From positions 171,556,001 through 171,620,000 of the forward strand of contig NC_086097.1 of assembly GCF_963921235.1 (NCBI RefSeq): a stretch of 64,000 nucleotides of DNA. Reading direction: 5' to 3'. Within the stretch, counting starts at the first letter, position 1, and every line of letters begins with the position of its first letter. This document shows positions 13,901 through 27,695 of the stretch, one piece after another. The position numbers and the translations under genes were made by a program. This stretch comes from Mobula hypostoma. Taxonomy: Eukaryota. Below the pieces are notes generated by a model, which was given only the letters and a program-made list of their open reading frames with translations, was not told where the DNA came from and made no database searches.

Positions 13901-15190
13901 TGATTTCTTTTTTTACCAACAGAGCAACACCATCTCCTCTGCCTTCCTGCCTGCCCTTTTAATACAATATATATCCTTGGAAATTAAGCTCCCAGATATA
14001 AACTTCTTTCAGCCATGATTCAGTGATGTCAACAACATCATACATGTCAGTCTGCAACTGTTCTGCAAGTTCATCTACTTTATTCCGTATGCTGCTCACA
14101 TTCAGATATAATACCTTCAGTCCTGTATCTATCCTTTTCAATTTTGTCTGCCTCTTATGTTAAAACTCATCCTGTTGACTTCAGATTTGTCCTCTCAGCA
14201 GCCTCTTTTCAGTACACATTGCCACGGTTTGTAAACCAGCTGCCTCACCTTCAGCTCTATCATCCACCTTTCCTATGATACTTCTTACATTGAAATATAC
14301 GCAGTTCAGGACATTAGTCACACCACGCTCAACCTTTTGATTCTTAACTTTGTCTGAAGTCTTACATACATCTGCTCCACAAGCTCTCCACTGACTGCTC
14401 TGTCTCTTTGGTTCCCATCCCCCTGCCACTGTAGTTTAAATCCCATCATGTAGCATTTATATCCTAGTGGGAAGGTTTGTTAGTCCCCCTCCAGTTCCAA
14501 TGCAAACTTTCCCTTCTATACAGGTCCTACTTGGCCTGGAAGAGAGCCTAATGATCCAAAATTCTTATGCCCTCCCTCCTACACCAAATGCTGAGCCACG
14601 TATTAAACTGTATAATCGTCCTAGTTCTGGCCTCTCTAGCACGTGGTGATCTTGTCATTTGTCTTACCCATGACATTGGTCCCTAAATGGACCATGATCT
14701 TTGGCTGTTCGCCCTCCCACTTAAGAATGCTGAGATTCCCAATTTGAGATGTCCCAGACCCTGGTACCGGGGAGGCAACGTACTATCCGGGAATCTCATT
14801 CTCGCGCACAGAACCTCCTGTCTGTTCCCCTAGCCAATAAATCACCTATTACCACAGCGTACTTCTTCTCCCCCCTTCCCTTGTGAGTCACAGAGGCGGT
14901 CTGAGTGCTAGAGATACTGTTAGGAGAACTCCCGCAGCTGTATCCAAAATGTTGAGTATGATAGCCACAGGCCAGTACTCTACCCTAGCTCCTTCCCTCT
15001 TCCTGACTGTTACCGAGTTTCCTGTGTCCTGCACCTCTCTGTATGTCCTATTTATCACCCCTTCAGCTTCCTAAATGATCTGCAGTTCATCGAGTTCCAG
15101 CTCCAACTGCTTAATGCAGATTGTTAGAATCTCAGCTGCATGTACTTCTCACTGGAGGTCTCGGCGCCTTCCCACATCCTGCAAAATATC
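10995..15190 (-). mobile_element. Near full-length degenerate CR1 (ORF1 zipper + SGNH esterase, ORF2 APE endonuclease + RT)
   Basis: ORF1 remnants 'VVIGD..RGTDRRFC..CLPG' and 'VHLGTN' (about 14660-14860); EN 'LKVLYLNVSSIRNKVDEL..DVVDITESWL'; RT 'QHGFLKGKSC..DFQKAFDKVPH', 'GVPQGSVFG..AKFAED'; many stops and frameshifts. Confidence 0.9.
11740..12029 (-). mobile_element. Younger CR1 3' fragment nested in CR1
   Basis: Same subfamily as the 3' ends at 5560-5833 and 25368-25694; flanked by cttct repeats (11735-11739, 12030-12034). Confidence 0.85.
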
Positions 15191-15489
15191 CAGCCTGTAA
15201 CACATACATAAAAGGCTTTCAGGTTTATCTTAATCCTGCCTGCAGAGATTTCTTGTCCGCTCTTTACCTTCCTAATTTCCTTTATATGTGGAAGGAAAGT
15301 GATTAAATCAGAGGACAACCAGCATCAAAGATAGTAAGGAGAGATCTTAATCAAGTCAGAAATGATAGGATGGGATTCATGGATACTAGCAGAATTATAG
15401 GGAGAAAATTGTTGACAAAAAGGTCTAGCTTTCCCACTTGCTGCTGGCACAAGCACAACCAGAAAAAGCATGCGAGTGATGAAAGCAGC

Positions 15490-15612
15490 AGGTTGTGCTG
15501 CAGCTTCACAGAACCCAGTGACCCGGCTTCGATCCTTAATTCTGTGTGCCTGTGTGGAGTTTGTCTTCTTCTCCTTGGGTGGTGTGGTTTCTTCCCACAT
15601 CCCAAGAATGTG
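15490..15612 (+). mobile_element. tRNA-derived SINE fragment
   Basis: B-box-like ggcttcgatcc then gtggagtttg..ttcccacatccc. Confidence 0.6.
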
Positions 15613-16024
15613 TAAATGATGTTATTGAGATGTATAAGATTCTGAGGAAGGAGAATTTGTTGAAATTTCACTTGGTGAGGAAATGAAGATGTAGAGACAT
15701 AATCAGAATCAGGATTATTTTCACTGAGTTAAATGACATGAAACTGGTTATTTTGTTACAACAGTACAGTTCACACATGTAAAATTACTATAAATTACAA
15801 AAATAAGTAGAACAATGAGGTAGTGTTCATTTGGATTATGGATGGCTCAGAAATCTCTAGGCAGGCAGAAAGGATCTATTCCTGAATCAATCTTCAGGGT
15901 CCCCCAATGGCAGTAACAAGAAGAGGGCATGTCCTGGATGGTGATGGTCCTTACTGATTGATGCCCCCTTCTTGAGGCAACCCCACTTGGAGATACCCTC
16001 TAGTTGTGCCTTAATTGAGAGTTT

Positions 16025-16535
16025 GTTGAGGCTTTGGAGAGGGTGCAGAAGAGGTTTACCAGAAAGCTGCTTGGATTAAATGGCAAGTGTTGTAAGGAAA
16101 GTTTGGATTATTTTTTCTGGAGCAGCCGAGGCTGAGGGGAAACATGATTGAGTTTTATAAGATTATGACAGGCATAGATAAAGTAGTCAGATGGTATCAT
16201 GTTCCCAGGATTGAAATGTCTAATACAAATGGGCATGCACTTAAGATGAGAGGAGGTAATTCAAAGGAAATATACAGGGGAATTTTTTTTTACAGAGAGG
16301 GAGGTGGGTACCTGGAATGCCCTGTCTGGGGTGGTGGCGGAGTCAAGTATGATAGAAGCATTGACAGTAAGAGTCTCTTAAAAAGGCATATGAATGTGCA
16401 GGAAACAGAGGATATGGACATTTTGTGTGCAGAAGGGAACAGTTACATCGGGCAGTTTATTACTAATTTAATTAAATTGGTGCAACATCATGGACCTAAG
16501 GCTCTGTTACTGTGCTGAACTAAGTTTTATGTTCG
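16025..16535 (+). mobile_element. CR1 3' fragment
   Basis: 'ALERVQKRFTR', ORF 'MIEFYKIMTGIDKV'. Confidence 0.75.
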
Positions 16536-16571
16536 GTGTTCTACGTATGTATTTAAGGCTGCAAAGGATTT

Positions 16572-18236
16572 AGAACCATAGAACCATAGAAACTACAGCA
16601 CAGAAACAGGCCCTTTGGCCCTTCTTGGCTGTGCCGAACCATTTTCTGCCTAGTCCCACTGACCTGCACACGGACCATATCCCTCCATACACCTCCCATC
16701 CATATATCTGGCCAATTTATTCTTAAGTGTTAAAAAAGAACCCGCATTTACCACCTCGTCTGGCAGCTCATTCCATACTCCCACTACTCTCTGTGTGAAG
16801 AAGCCCCCCCTAACGTTCCCTTTAAACTTTTCCCCCCTCACCCTTAACCCATGTCCTCTGTTTTTTTTCTCCCCTTGCCTCAGTGGAAAAAGCCTGCTTG
16901 CATTCACTCTATCTATACCCATCATAATTTTATATACCTCTATCAAATCTTCCCCTCATTCTTCTACGCTCCAGGGAATAAAGTCCTAACCTATTCAACC
17001 TTTCTCTGTAACTGAGTTTCTCAAGTCCCGGCAACATCCTTGTAAACCTTCTCTGCACTCTTTCAACCTTATTTATATCCTTCCTGTAATTTGGTGACCA
17101 AAACTGAACACAATACTCTAGATTCGGCCTCACCAATGCCTTATACAACCTCATCATAACATTCCAGCTCTTATACTCAATACTTCGATTAATAAAGGCC
17201 AATGTACCAAAAGCTCTCTTTACGACCCTATCTACCTGTGACGACACTTTTAGGGAATTTTGTATCTGTATTCCCAGATCCCTCTGTTCCACTGCACTCC
17301 TCAGTGCCTTACCATTAACCCTGTATGTTCTACGTTGGTTTGTCCTTCCAACGTGCAATACCTCACACTTGTCAGTATTAAACTCCATCTGCCATTTTTC
17401 AGCCCATTTTTCCAGCTGGTCCAAGTCCCTCTGCAGGCTCTGAAAACCTTCCTCACTGTCTACTACACCTCCAATCTTTGTGTCATCAGCAAACTTGCTG
17501 ATCCAATTTACCACATTATCATCCAGATCATTGATATAGATGACAAATAACAATGGACCCAGCACTGATCCCTGTGGCACACCACTAGTCACAGGCCTCG
17601 ACTCAGAGAAGCAATTCTCTACCACCACTCTCTGGCTTCTTCCATCGAGCCAATGTCTAATCCAATTTACCACCTCTCCATGTATACCTAGCGACTGAAT
17701 TTTCCTAACTAACCTCCCATGCAGGACCTTGCTGAAGTCCATGTAGACAATATCCACTGCCTTCCATTCATCCACTTTCCTGGTAACCTCCTCGAAAAAC
17801 TCCAACAGATTGGTCAAACATGACCTACCATGCACAAAGCCATGTTGACTCTCCCTAATAAGCCCCTGTCTATCCAAATGCTTGTAGATTCTGTCTCTTA
17901 GTACTCCCTCCAATAACTTACCTACTACTGACGTTAAACTCACCGGCCTATAATTTCCCGGATTACTTTTCGATCCTTTTTTAAACAACGGAACAACATG
18001 AGCCACTCTCCAATCCTCCGGCACTTCACCCGTAGACAGCGACATTTTAAATATTTCTGCTAGGGCCCCCGCAATTTCAACACTAGTCTCCTTCAAGGTC
18101 CAAGGGAACACTCTGTCAGGTCCCGGGGATTTATCCACTTTAATTTTCCTCAAGACAGTAAGCACCTCCTCCTTTTCAATCTGTACAGTTTCCATGGTCT
18201 CACTACTTGATTCCCTCAATTCCATAGATTTCCATA
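16572..18236 (-). mobile_element. Young 5'-truncated CR1, RT ORF about 440 aa (pseudogenised)
   Basis: 'KSPGPD', 'NYRPVSLTS', 'GVPQGSVLGP', 'KFADDTK'; frameshift near 16950; (ttctatgg)n tail; possible TSD gattt (16567-16571, 18237-18241). Confidence 0.95.
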
Positions 18237-18354
18237 GATTTCTTGGATGAAAGATATCCAAAGTTTTTGGGAATTATGCAGGAAGATGGAGTTTCTAGTT
18301 GAAGTTAGAGCAATCATGATCTTAATGGTTGGTAGAACTGGCTTAAGAAGTTTT

Positions 18355-18545
18355 TTTATTTTATTGAGATACAGCATAGAATATGGCCTTCCAACCTTTC
18401 GAGCCATACCATCGAGCAATCCCTTGATTTAACCCTAGCCTAATCACAAGACAATTTACAATGACCAATTAGCCTACTAACTGGTACATCTTTGGATTGT
18501 GGGAGGATACCAGAGCACCTGGTGCAAACCCACGTGATCATGGTC
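18355..18545 (-). mobile_element. SINE 3' part
   Basis: Reverse homology to 47920-48100 (acaatgaccaatt..ggattgtgggagg..ccagagcacc). Confidence 0.7.
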
Positions 18546-18638
18546 AAGATCAAAGTTCATCGTCATGTGCAGAAGTACATGTTGTGCGCAGGTAGGATAA
18601 AAAAGTTATTTATAGCATCAGATACACCAAATTCTCAA

Positions 18639-19932
18639 GAATCAGAATCAGAATCGGGTTTAATATCACTGACATATGTTGTGAAATTTGTTGTTTTGTG
18701 GCAGCATACATTGCAATACATAATATAAAGTATAAATTACAATAAGAAGTATATATATAATGAAACTTAAATTAAGTAAGTCGTGCAAAAAGAGAGGGGG
18801 GAAATTACTGAGGTAGTGTTCATTGGTTCATTGCCCATTTGGAAATCTGATTGCAGAGGGGAAGAAGCTGTTCCTGAAATGTTGAGTGTGTGTCTTCAGG
18901 CTCCAATACCTCCTCCTTTAAGGTAGCAATGAGAAGATAGCATGTCCAGGGTTATGACCATCTTTGATGAACAATGCCACCTTTTTGAGACATCAGCTTT
19001 GGAATGTGTCCTGGATGCTGGGATGGCTAGTGCGCATAATGGAGCTGACAGAGTTTACAACTTTCTTTGATCCTGTGCATTGGCCTCTCCATACCAGGTG
19101 GTCACGCAACCTCTTAGAATGCTCTGCATTGTACATCCGTGGAAATTTGCGAGTATCTTTGGTAACGTAACAACTCTCCCCAAACTTCTGACGAAATATA
19201 GCCACTCTCATGCCTTCTTTGTAATTGCATCAATATGTTGGGCTCAGGATAGATCTTTGGAAAATTTGACAATCAGGAACTCGAAACTGCTCACCCTTTC
19301 CACTTCTGATCTGTCGATGAGGATTGGTATGTGTTTCCTAGATTTCACCTTCCTGATGTCCACAATCAATTCTTTGGTCTTACTGACATTGAGTCCAAGG
19401 TTATGGCTGTGATACCACTCAACCAGCTGACTTATCTCATTCATATACACCTCCTCACCAACATCTGAAATTCTGCTAACAATAGCTGTGTCATTGGCAA
19501 TTTTATGGATGACATTGGAGCTTTGCCTAGCCACACAATCATGGGTGTAAAGATAGCTGAGCAATGTGGGCTAAGCACACATCCTTGAGGTGCACTACTG
19601 TTGATTGTCAGAGGGACGATGTTACTTCCAATCTGCAAAGACTTTGATCTCCCAGGGAGGAGGTCAAGGTGCGGGTTTTGGAGCTTGTTAATTAGTATTG
19701 AGGATATGATTGTTTTGAACACTGAACTGTAGTCAATAAACAGCAGCCTGATGTAGGTATTGTTATTGTCCAAATGATCCAAGGTCAAGTGGATAGCCAG
19801 TGACATTGTAACCGCTGTAGACTTATTGTGGCAATAGGTAAGTAGCAGAGAGTCCAGGTCTTTGCTTAGGCAGGAATTGATTCTAGCCATGACCAACCTC
19901 TCAAAGCACTTCATCATACAGATCTGAGTACA
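18639..19932 (-). mobile_element. Rex1/Babar non-LTR retrotransposon fragment
   Basis: 'MKCFERLVMARI', 'HLDNNNTYIRLLFIDYSSVFKTI', 'APQGCVLSP', 'LNVSKTKELIVD'; (ctgatt)n tail. Confidence 0.88.
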
Positions 19933-21771
19933 CATTTAGATGTGTAGTAGTTGTGAGTCACAGTAGATGTAACAACATAAATTATACAAAATAATTTGGA
20001 CAAACAGATGAACTCTTATTTCTCTGTTCTTACCAAGAGATTCAAACTATACAATAGGAACCTGATCTCCTACAGAGGTCTGGTCTCTAGCAAGCTGACC
20101 TGTTCTATTTTTAATCCTGCCAGAGCACTCTGCATTGTTCAAAGAGTGACCAATCCAAGCTATCAGAACAAGCTCCTACATCAATTAGTTTTAGCTTCTC
20201 ATTCTGCACTCCCTGAAACTAACCTCCAGTCCCTACCTCTGTTAATAGCTTCCCTCTCCTCTTTGTTCTCCAGCCTTGTGGGTTTTGAAGGTTTTACACT
20301 GAATGCTGACTACTGGACTTGAGCCAAGAGACTGGAATCAAATTCAGGAACCTAACCGACATTTCAACATTTTGTGATTAGTAAGCAACACCAGGAGTGA
20401 GATTATCACCTTGACCTCAATGCCCATGGTTTGTTGCTTTTTCCATTTATGTTAGTTAACAGTTAAAAATTGCAAGTTGTGTAGCAATTATACACAATCT
20501 TAGTATTCAGTAACATAAATAGTTTTTTATGCAGTATTGAGGGAACAAGGAAGTGATGGTCTCAGAAAGGATGCAGGGAAGGATTACCAGAATGGTATCA
20601 GGGTCGGGCTACGATTAGACTGGAGACTTTGGTATGGTGGGCAACAAGCAATTAGCTAGACTATTTCAGTAACATCTATAAGTGGAGGGGGAGAGGACAT
20701 TTCAGGTAAAAACCCCATTGTGCCTAGCGCCACTTTATGAACATAAAATGAATCTATGTATATAAGCTTTTTTATATATTTATACTTACTAAATATTTTT
20801 AAAATTACATTCTTTATCTTATTGTATTTCTTTTGGTCCTGCATCAGATCCAGAGTAACAATTATTTCATTGTCCTTTACACTTATGTACTGGAAATGAC
20901 ATTAAACAATCTTGAATCTTGAGAACAGAGTCGAGAGGGGAGATAGTCAGTATAAAAAGGAAGAGAGGTGAGACATAAGTCTAAGGTGATTGGACTGAAG
21001 GGTACAGGATTACAGAAAGGTTGTGCCAGGTTTGAGAGAGGAGTGGGGATGGTGTTGGAAGGCAGAGAAAGAGGGAAAATAAAATGAGAGGCAAATGGAT
21101 TGAGGTAGGGGAGGGGGGTAGAGCTTGGAAAGAGCTGCTGGAGGGTGTTAAGTAAGAACGCAAAGGATTACCAATGCTGAACTCAGAAAAGTAAAGGAGG
21201 TGAGATTGCAAATGTTCAGGCAGAGGTAAATGGCAGAAAGAACCTCTTCCCCAACCTTGTTCCATCAGTAACTCACTTTTCCTTTCTCTATGTCCACCTC
21301 ATTCTATCATCCACTTGTCACTGTCTCTCAACTCCATCACTAATCCCCTCTCTTTCATGGCACAACCTGTCTATCATTTTTCATTCTTCCCCAGTCTTTC
21401 AATCACTTCGAACTCCTGTCTCACCTCTCCCATTCCTCTGCCAAGCAGGTTTCCTGTCACCATCGGACATGACAGACAACAACCATTATTATTACTAGCT
21501 TATTATTGTCACATATAGCGAGGATAGCAAGGAAGCTTGTCTCGTATTCTGTTTACACGGATTGAATCATTACATAGTGCATTGAGCTAGAATAACTTTA
21601 AGTGATTTTTCTTTCATCCAGACAAATTTATCAGCCTCTGGGTTCAGGTGCAGACTAGAATGAACTTTGTTTAATTTTGTACCAGAGCAGACCTCTGACC
21701 TGGTGATTATGAGATGAAGTGATAAAGCCAATTGCAGTAAAACTCTGCTTATCCAGCACTTTCAGAATCTT

Positions 21772-21990
21772 GGACACACAAAGAACTGCAGATGTTGGAA
21801 GCTGGAGCAACACAGTGCCAGTGGAACTCAGTGAGTCCGGCAGCAAATGTGAAGGGAAATGGGCAGCTAATGTTGCGTGTCGAGACTCTTCATTTGGATC
21901 CTTTGTCAGTCCAGAGGACAGGCTTTGACCCAAAATGTTGACTATCCATTTCCTTCCACAGATGTCTAAACTGAGTTTCTTGAGGTCTTC
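21772..21990. mobile_element. Penelope-derived palindromic element
   Basis: Inverted arms (gtgaagggaaatgg / ccatttccttccac) with decayed hammerhead-like segments. Confidence 0.6.
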
Positions 21991-22084
21991 GTGAAGAAGT
22001 TCACGATCTCGGTGGAGCAGAATGAGCAGATTTTCTGCATTATTGGGTATTTTCTCATTCAATCCCAACACAACTTTTAAATCA

Positions 22085-22272
22085 AACAAAAACCTGCAGG
22101 AGCTCAATGGGTCAGACAGCATCTACAGAGGGAAGTGGACAGTCTGTATTCTGGGTCAAAATCTTTGATCAGCACCTGAAACATTGATTGCCCATTTCCC
22201 TCCACAGAGGCTGCATGTCCTGTTGAGTACCTCTATTGTTTGTTTATTTCTCCAGATTTCCAGCATCTGCAT
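22085..22272. mobile_element. Penelope-derived palindromic element
   Basis: Arms gagggaagtggacagtc / gattgcccatttccctc; family tail ccagcatctgca. Confidence 0.6.
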
Positions 22273-22861
22273 GTACCCTTGTCTATCCATGTTTTAATTC
22301 ACTTTCATTGGGTATTAAATAGCATTATAATGACCTCACTGGAGAGTCCAATAAGTTTAGAAGGAGCATGGGAAACAAGGCCTAGCTCAGTTTAAAGAGT
22401 GTACAGGGGGAAAGGGCCACAGAGATGAGTGGAAGCATAGGCCCACAAATCCAGTGAGTTGGAATTAAATGCAGGAACTGAGTACCATTATGTCACAGAA
22501 GGAAAAATCTTGTTTTTTTTTCATACCATGACATTAACACAAATCAGATCAGTCTCTCATCTTAAGTATTGACAGGCGTTTGGACTTATGGTTTTATTAT
22601 CATCACAGAGATCAAGCCACTTACAAATCAAACTGTCAAATAAAAGTTGAGCTACCTGTCCATCTGTTCTCTGCCCTTTCATTCTGTTGTGCCACTCTCC
22701 ATGGTTCAGGCGCTGAAAGCTTCTGACACAGCAGTGCCCAGAGACATTGACAGCAGGGGGGAACATCTGAGTACAGTGGCAAGTCCAGTCAAGAAGCCTC
22801 CTTGAAAAGTTAATAAACTGGTTCTGAAACTTGGTGATTCTCTCCATGAGATGAAAATCAA

Positions 22862-23019
22862 AGGAACTGCAAATACTGTTAATCTGAAACAAAAACAGAA
22901 AATGCAGGAAACACTCAGCAGGTCAGGCAAAATCTGTGGGGATTCAACCAGAAAAATTAACTCTGCTTCTCTTTTCACAGATGCTGCCAGATCTGCTGAG
23001 TGTTTCCAACATTTTCTGT
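22862..23019. mobile_element. Penelope-derived palindromic element
   Basis: About 45-bp imperfect IR acagaaaatgcaggaaacactcagcag / ctgctgagtgtttccaacattttctgt. Confidence 0.7.
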
Positions 23020-23819
23020 CTTGTCTCCTCTCAGAAATTGTGTTCACCTGACTTTGTAAAAAATAAAAAAGGGTTCTCTCATTCTAACTTTTAAAAGTAA
23101 TTCATGAGCAATGTGTAATGGTATTGGAATTGGTTTTGTCACATGTACAGAAGTACAGTGTAGCACTTGTCTTGCATATTGTTTATACAGATCAAATCAT
23201 TACCTATTGAGCTGGAATAAGGTAAAACAATATCAATGCAGAATAACATATAAAAGCTACTAAAAGTGCAGTACAGGTAAACAATAAAGTGCAAGATCAT
23301 AACGAGGTAGATTGTAAAGCTGAGTCAAACTTATTGTACAAGAGGCCCATTCAAGAGACTGATAGTGGCTGGAGAGGGAGAAACTGTTGGTAACTTTGTC
23401 AGCTTGGATGATGTGGGCTGAAGGGAGAGTTTCCCTTTCCTATGACTTGGTGATATTTCTTTGACTCTCTTAAGTAAACAAATTATGATCTTTCCCTCCT
23501 AATTAAAGCCCTTTCAATCTCTTCTGCTCCAAGGAAAACAGTCATTTATTTTTAAGTTCATTTTTGGGACCGGTCATTACCTGCAAGACCAGCATTAATT
23601 GCCTATCCCGAACTGCCCTTGAAGGCAGTAATGAGCTGCTTTGGTGAACTGCTCCAGATCTTCTGCTAAATGTAATCCCATGGTGCATGAGATGTTCTAG
23701 TGTTTAGATCCAGTGACAATGAAGGAATGGTGATATATATTCCAAGTCATGATGGCATGTGACTTGGAAAAGACCCTTGAATCTAAGAGCAGAACACAGG
23801 AAGGTCTAGATTATGTACA

Positions 23820-24260
23820 CAAATCTTGTCCACTTCCTCAGAAAACTAAGGAAATTTGGCATGTTTCTGATTACCCTCACATATTTTTATTTGTGCTCTA
23901 AAGAAAGCATCCTATATGGATGCACCATAGCTTGCTACGACAACTGGTCTGCCTAAGATTGCAAGAAACAGCAAAAAGTGCTGGCACAGTTCAGTTTGTC
24001 ATGAAAACCAGCCTTCCCTCCATTGACTCTGTCTACACTTCCTGCTGCTGCAGGAAGACTGCCAAGATATCAAAGAGACCTCCTACTCTGGCATTTTTCT
24101 CTTCTCCCTCCTTCCTTTATGCAAAAGATACAAAAGCTTGTGAATATGTACTGCTAGGCTCATGGACGGCTTCCATCACACTGCTAAAAGACCTGAATAG
24201 GTCGATTATAAGCTAATGATGAACTTTTGATCTCTCAAGCTACATCACTGAGGTCCTTCT
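23820..24260 (+). mobile_element. Rex1-like 3' fragment
   Basis: 'FLRKLRKFGM', 'TSLPSIDSVYTSCCCRKTAKI' remnants. Confidence 0.65.
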
Positions 24261-25367
24261 ACCAATAAAGAAATGACTAATTCTATTCTGCAGTCACTTA
24301 AAATGGCCATCCTAGTTAAATCGAGTGGATTAGATCCATGATATTTTTTTCAGTGTACCCTGTCCATTGAGTGGAAGGAAATACACTAAGGTCATAAAAA
24401 AAGGAGAGAAATAAAGGAAATAATAATATCAACACTGAGGAACAAGGGATATAAAATTCTCTCCTGTCATTGTTGGTTCACTGGGTTTTATCAGAGCTCC
24501 CGGGTGTGATAAATATGATGTGTTTGCAGGTTCTGTTCAGTTGCTCTCCAAGGTGAAACAAAGCAAGTTCTAGTAGCAGTCAGAAACTAAAGTTAGTGAC
24601 CTTTGCAAACAGTAAAACGTCTATTGGAAAACCATTTTTCTTGTTAAAATGTAAATTAGTAACTTGGTTTAATATTGTCACATGTACAGAGATACAGTGA
24701 AACGTATTGTTTTGCATGCCATCCATACAGATCACTTCATCACATCAGTGAATTGAACTAATACAAGGGGAAAATAGTGTCAAAATAGAATGCAAAATAA
24801 AGTGTTACAGAGAAGGTGCAGAGCACTTAGACAGTAAGGTGCAAGATTGCAACAAAATAGATTGTGAAGTCTAGAGTACATCTTATCATTGAAGGGAACC
24901 ATTCAATCGTCTTACAACAGCAGGATAGAAGTTGTCCTTAAACCTGGTGGAATGTGTTTTCAGCCATTTTCATCTTCTGTCCAAAGTACTTGTATATGGA
25001 ATGATTTGTCTGGATTGCATTCAGACAAGAGTTTTTTAGTGATTCTAGGTACATGTGATAATAATAAGCCAGTTACTAATTCTATCCTTCAATCACTTGC
25101 AATGAACAAGGGGGAGAATAGTGAATGTCTGGGGTGGGTGGGGTCTTTAATTACGCTGGCTGTTTTACTGAGGCAGCAAGAAGTAAAAAGTCCATAGAGA
25201 GGAGGCTATTTTCCATGATGTGCTGAGCTGTGTCCGCAAATCGCGGTAGTTTCCTGCGTCGTTGGGCAGAGCAGCTTGCTGCATTGTATTAGATTTTGTA
25301 AAGTATTGGATGAATGTCTGAACAGTTTAAAATTACAATTTAACTCTTGGTCTGCTCACAGCATGCA

Positions 25368-25694
25368 ACATGTGCATAGTCAGAGGCTTTTTCCCAGGGC
25401 TGAAATGATTGCCACAAGAGGACACAGGTTTAAGGTGCTGGGGAGTAGGTACAGAGGAGATGCCGGGGTAAGTCTTTTACTCAGAGAGTGGTGAGTGCGT
25501 GGAATGGGCTGCTGGCAACGGTGGTGGAGGCGGAAATGATAGGGTCTTTTAAGAGACTTGTAGATAGGTACATGGAGCTTAGCAAAATAGAGGGCTATAG
25601 GTAAGCCTAGTAATTTCTAAGGTAGGGACATGTTCGGCACAACTCTGTGGGCCAAAGGGCCTGTATTGTGCTGTAGGTTTTCTATGTTTCTATG
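25368..25694 (+). mobile_element. CR1 3' fragment
   Basis: 'LFPRAEMIATRGHRFKVLGSRYRGD'; (ttctatgt)n tail. Confidence 0.9.
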
Positions 25695-26539
25695 TCTGTA
25701 GAAGATAAACACTGTAGGCTTGCTAATGTCCAATGCTTTTTGATAGCAGCTGGATTATTTCTTCGTCATAGACACCATTAACGTAAGGATGTCTGTTAAT
25801 GACTGAATGTCTGTTGGTAAGTTTGAGAGCTAGTCGATGGATTCTTTCTCAGCGTCTGTCAAATTGGATTGATGGATTCTTTTTTGAATTCAAACTTATT
25901 GCTTATATGTAATATTAATGTTCTTTTGTAACTAAAGGAATGTTAAGTCCAAAACATTGTTGGACTGATGGATGAGGAATGAGCATTAAAATTCCTATTT
26001 GATTTGTAAGGGCATGCTGAACAACGTGTGGATGAACACATGTGTTGTTTGAATGAAAGAAATTAGGCTGAGTTAATGGCATGAGAACAAATGATCAAAC
26101 AGCTTGTCTGTCTGTGTGTCTTTCCATGATTGTAGAACTCGTATTTATGAAGGTACCTTTCTCTCAGTGCTTTGGACTTCACTTAGACTGGAGATTCATG
26201 ATCAGTGCAAAGACCCAGGGTGGTTTAACGAGTTAGTTGGAATTTGGAGCTCCCCCCAAAGCAACAACAAGCAAGTGGTGACTAAGAATCTTGAGCCCTG
26301 AAATATTTGTGACTTACTACATAGTATTTTGTGTGGTTTATTTGTATTTTTTATTTTATGATAATAAATTAGGCTTAAATTATTTTGTGCATCTATGTTT
26401 ATTACCACATCTCCTGGATGTTCAAATTATTTGGGTTTGATCAACCCAGCCCATTACACCTGCTATACCAAGCTGTAATGAATCCAAGTTTGCTACATTC
26501 TAAGTTTTTGATATGGTCTATGGTTTGCTGTATGTTAAT

Positions 26540-27695
26540 ATAGAACAGAAAACACAGAACAGCACAGGTCCATCAACCTAACCCTAACTCTCCCCACCCA
26601 CGTAGGCCTCCATTTTGAGTCTCTTAAATATCACTAATGTTTCCACCTCTACCAGAAGCCCTGGCAATGCGTTCCATGCACTTACCTCTGTGCGTAAAAC
26701 AAAACAAACAAACAAAACCCTTCCTCTGATATCCACCTTTGCTCAAAAGAGAAAAGCTTTATCTCACTCAACCTTTCCTGATAAGACATGCCATCCAGTC
26801 AAGGGAGCGTCCTGGTAAATCTCCTCAACACCCTCTCGAAAGCTTCCAATTTTTTTCTATAATGAGGTAACTAGAACTGAACACAACACTCTAAATGTGG
26901 TCGAACCAGAACTTTATAAAGCTGCAACATTACTTCACAGCTCTTGAACTCAATCTCTCAACTAATGAAGGCCATACACCTTTTTAACAACCTTATCAAC
27001 TTGGGCGGCAACTCTGAGAGATCTATAAACATGGACCCCAAGTTCCCTTTGTTCCTCCATTCTGCATTCAGGTTTGACCCTTCATTGTGTATCATCTCAC
27101 ACATTTCTGATTTGAATTTCATCTCCCATATCTCAGCCTCAGCATTGCCTCCTATTAATATCCCATTGTAACCTACGACAACCTTTAAAGATAAAGATGA
27201 AAGTTAGCTTTATTTGTCGCATGCCGTAATACCAACATTTACAGTGAAATGTGTTGTTTGCATCAGAGACCAGCACAGTCTGGGGATGTGCTGGAGGCAG
27301 CCGGCAAGGGTCACCTTGCTTCTGGCACCAGTGTAGCAAGCCCACAACTTTACGAACCCCTAACCATTACGTCCTTTGAAGTGTGGCACCTGGAGGAAAC
27401 CCATGCGATCAGATATACAAGAACATATAAATTCCTTCAAGACAGTGGCAGGAATTGAACCCCAATCTTCGGACTGCTGCTGCTGTAAAGCTTTATGCTA
27501 ACCTTTACGATACACTATCCATAACACCACCAACTTTTGTGTCATCTGCAAACTTACTAACCCACTCTTCCACTTCCTCATCCAAGACATTTATAAGAAT
27601 CACAGAGAATAGATCCCTGTAAAACATTACTAGTCATGGAATTCCAGGCAAAATATATTCCGTCCACTACCACCCTCTCCCTTCTGTGGGCAAAT
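26540..27695 (-). mobile_element. Old CR1 fragment interrupted by a SINE-like insert (about 27186-27520)
   Basis: CR1 RT remnants on both sides; insert carries B-box gggttcaattcc on the minus strand. Confidence 0.6.

Noticed and set aside
16930..18261. Host gene, or retron/group II-like RT system
   Set aside because: Ordinary 5'-truncated CR1 ORF2 with a 3' microsatellite tail, a motif deletion and a frameshift
20920..21450. Purine-rich then pyrimidine-rich block suggesting a large inverted structure
   Set aside because: Probably very old inverted Penelope UTR remnants, but too decayed to support boundaries
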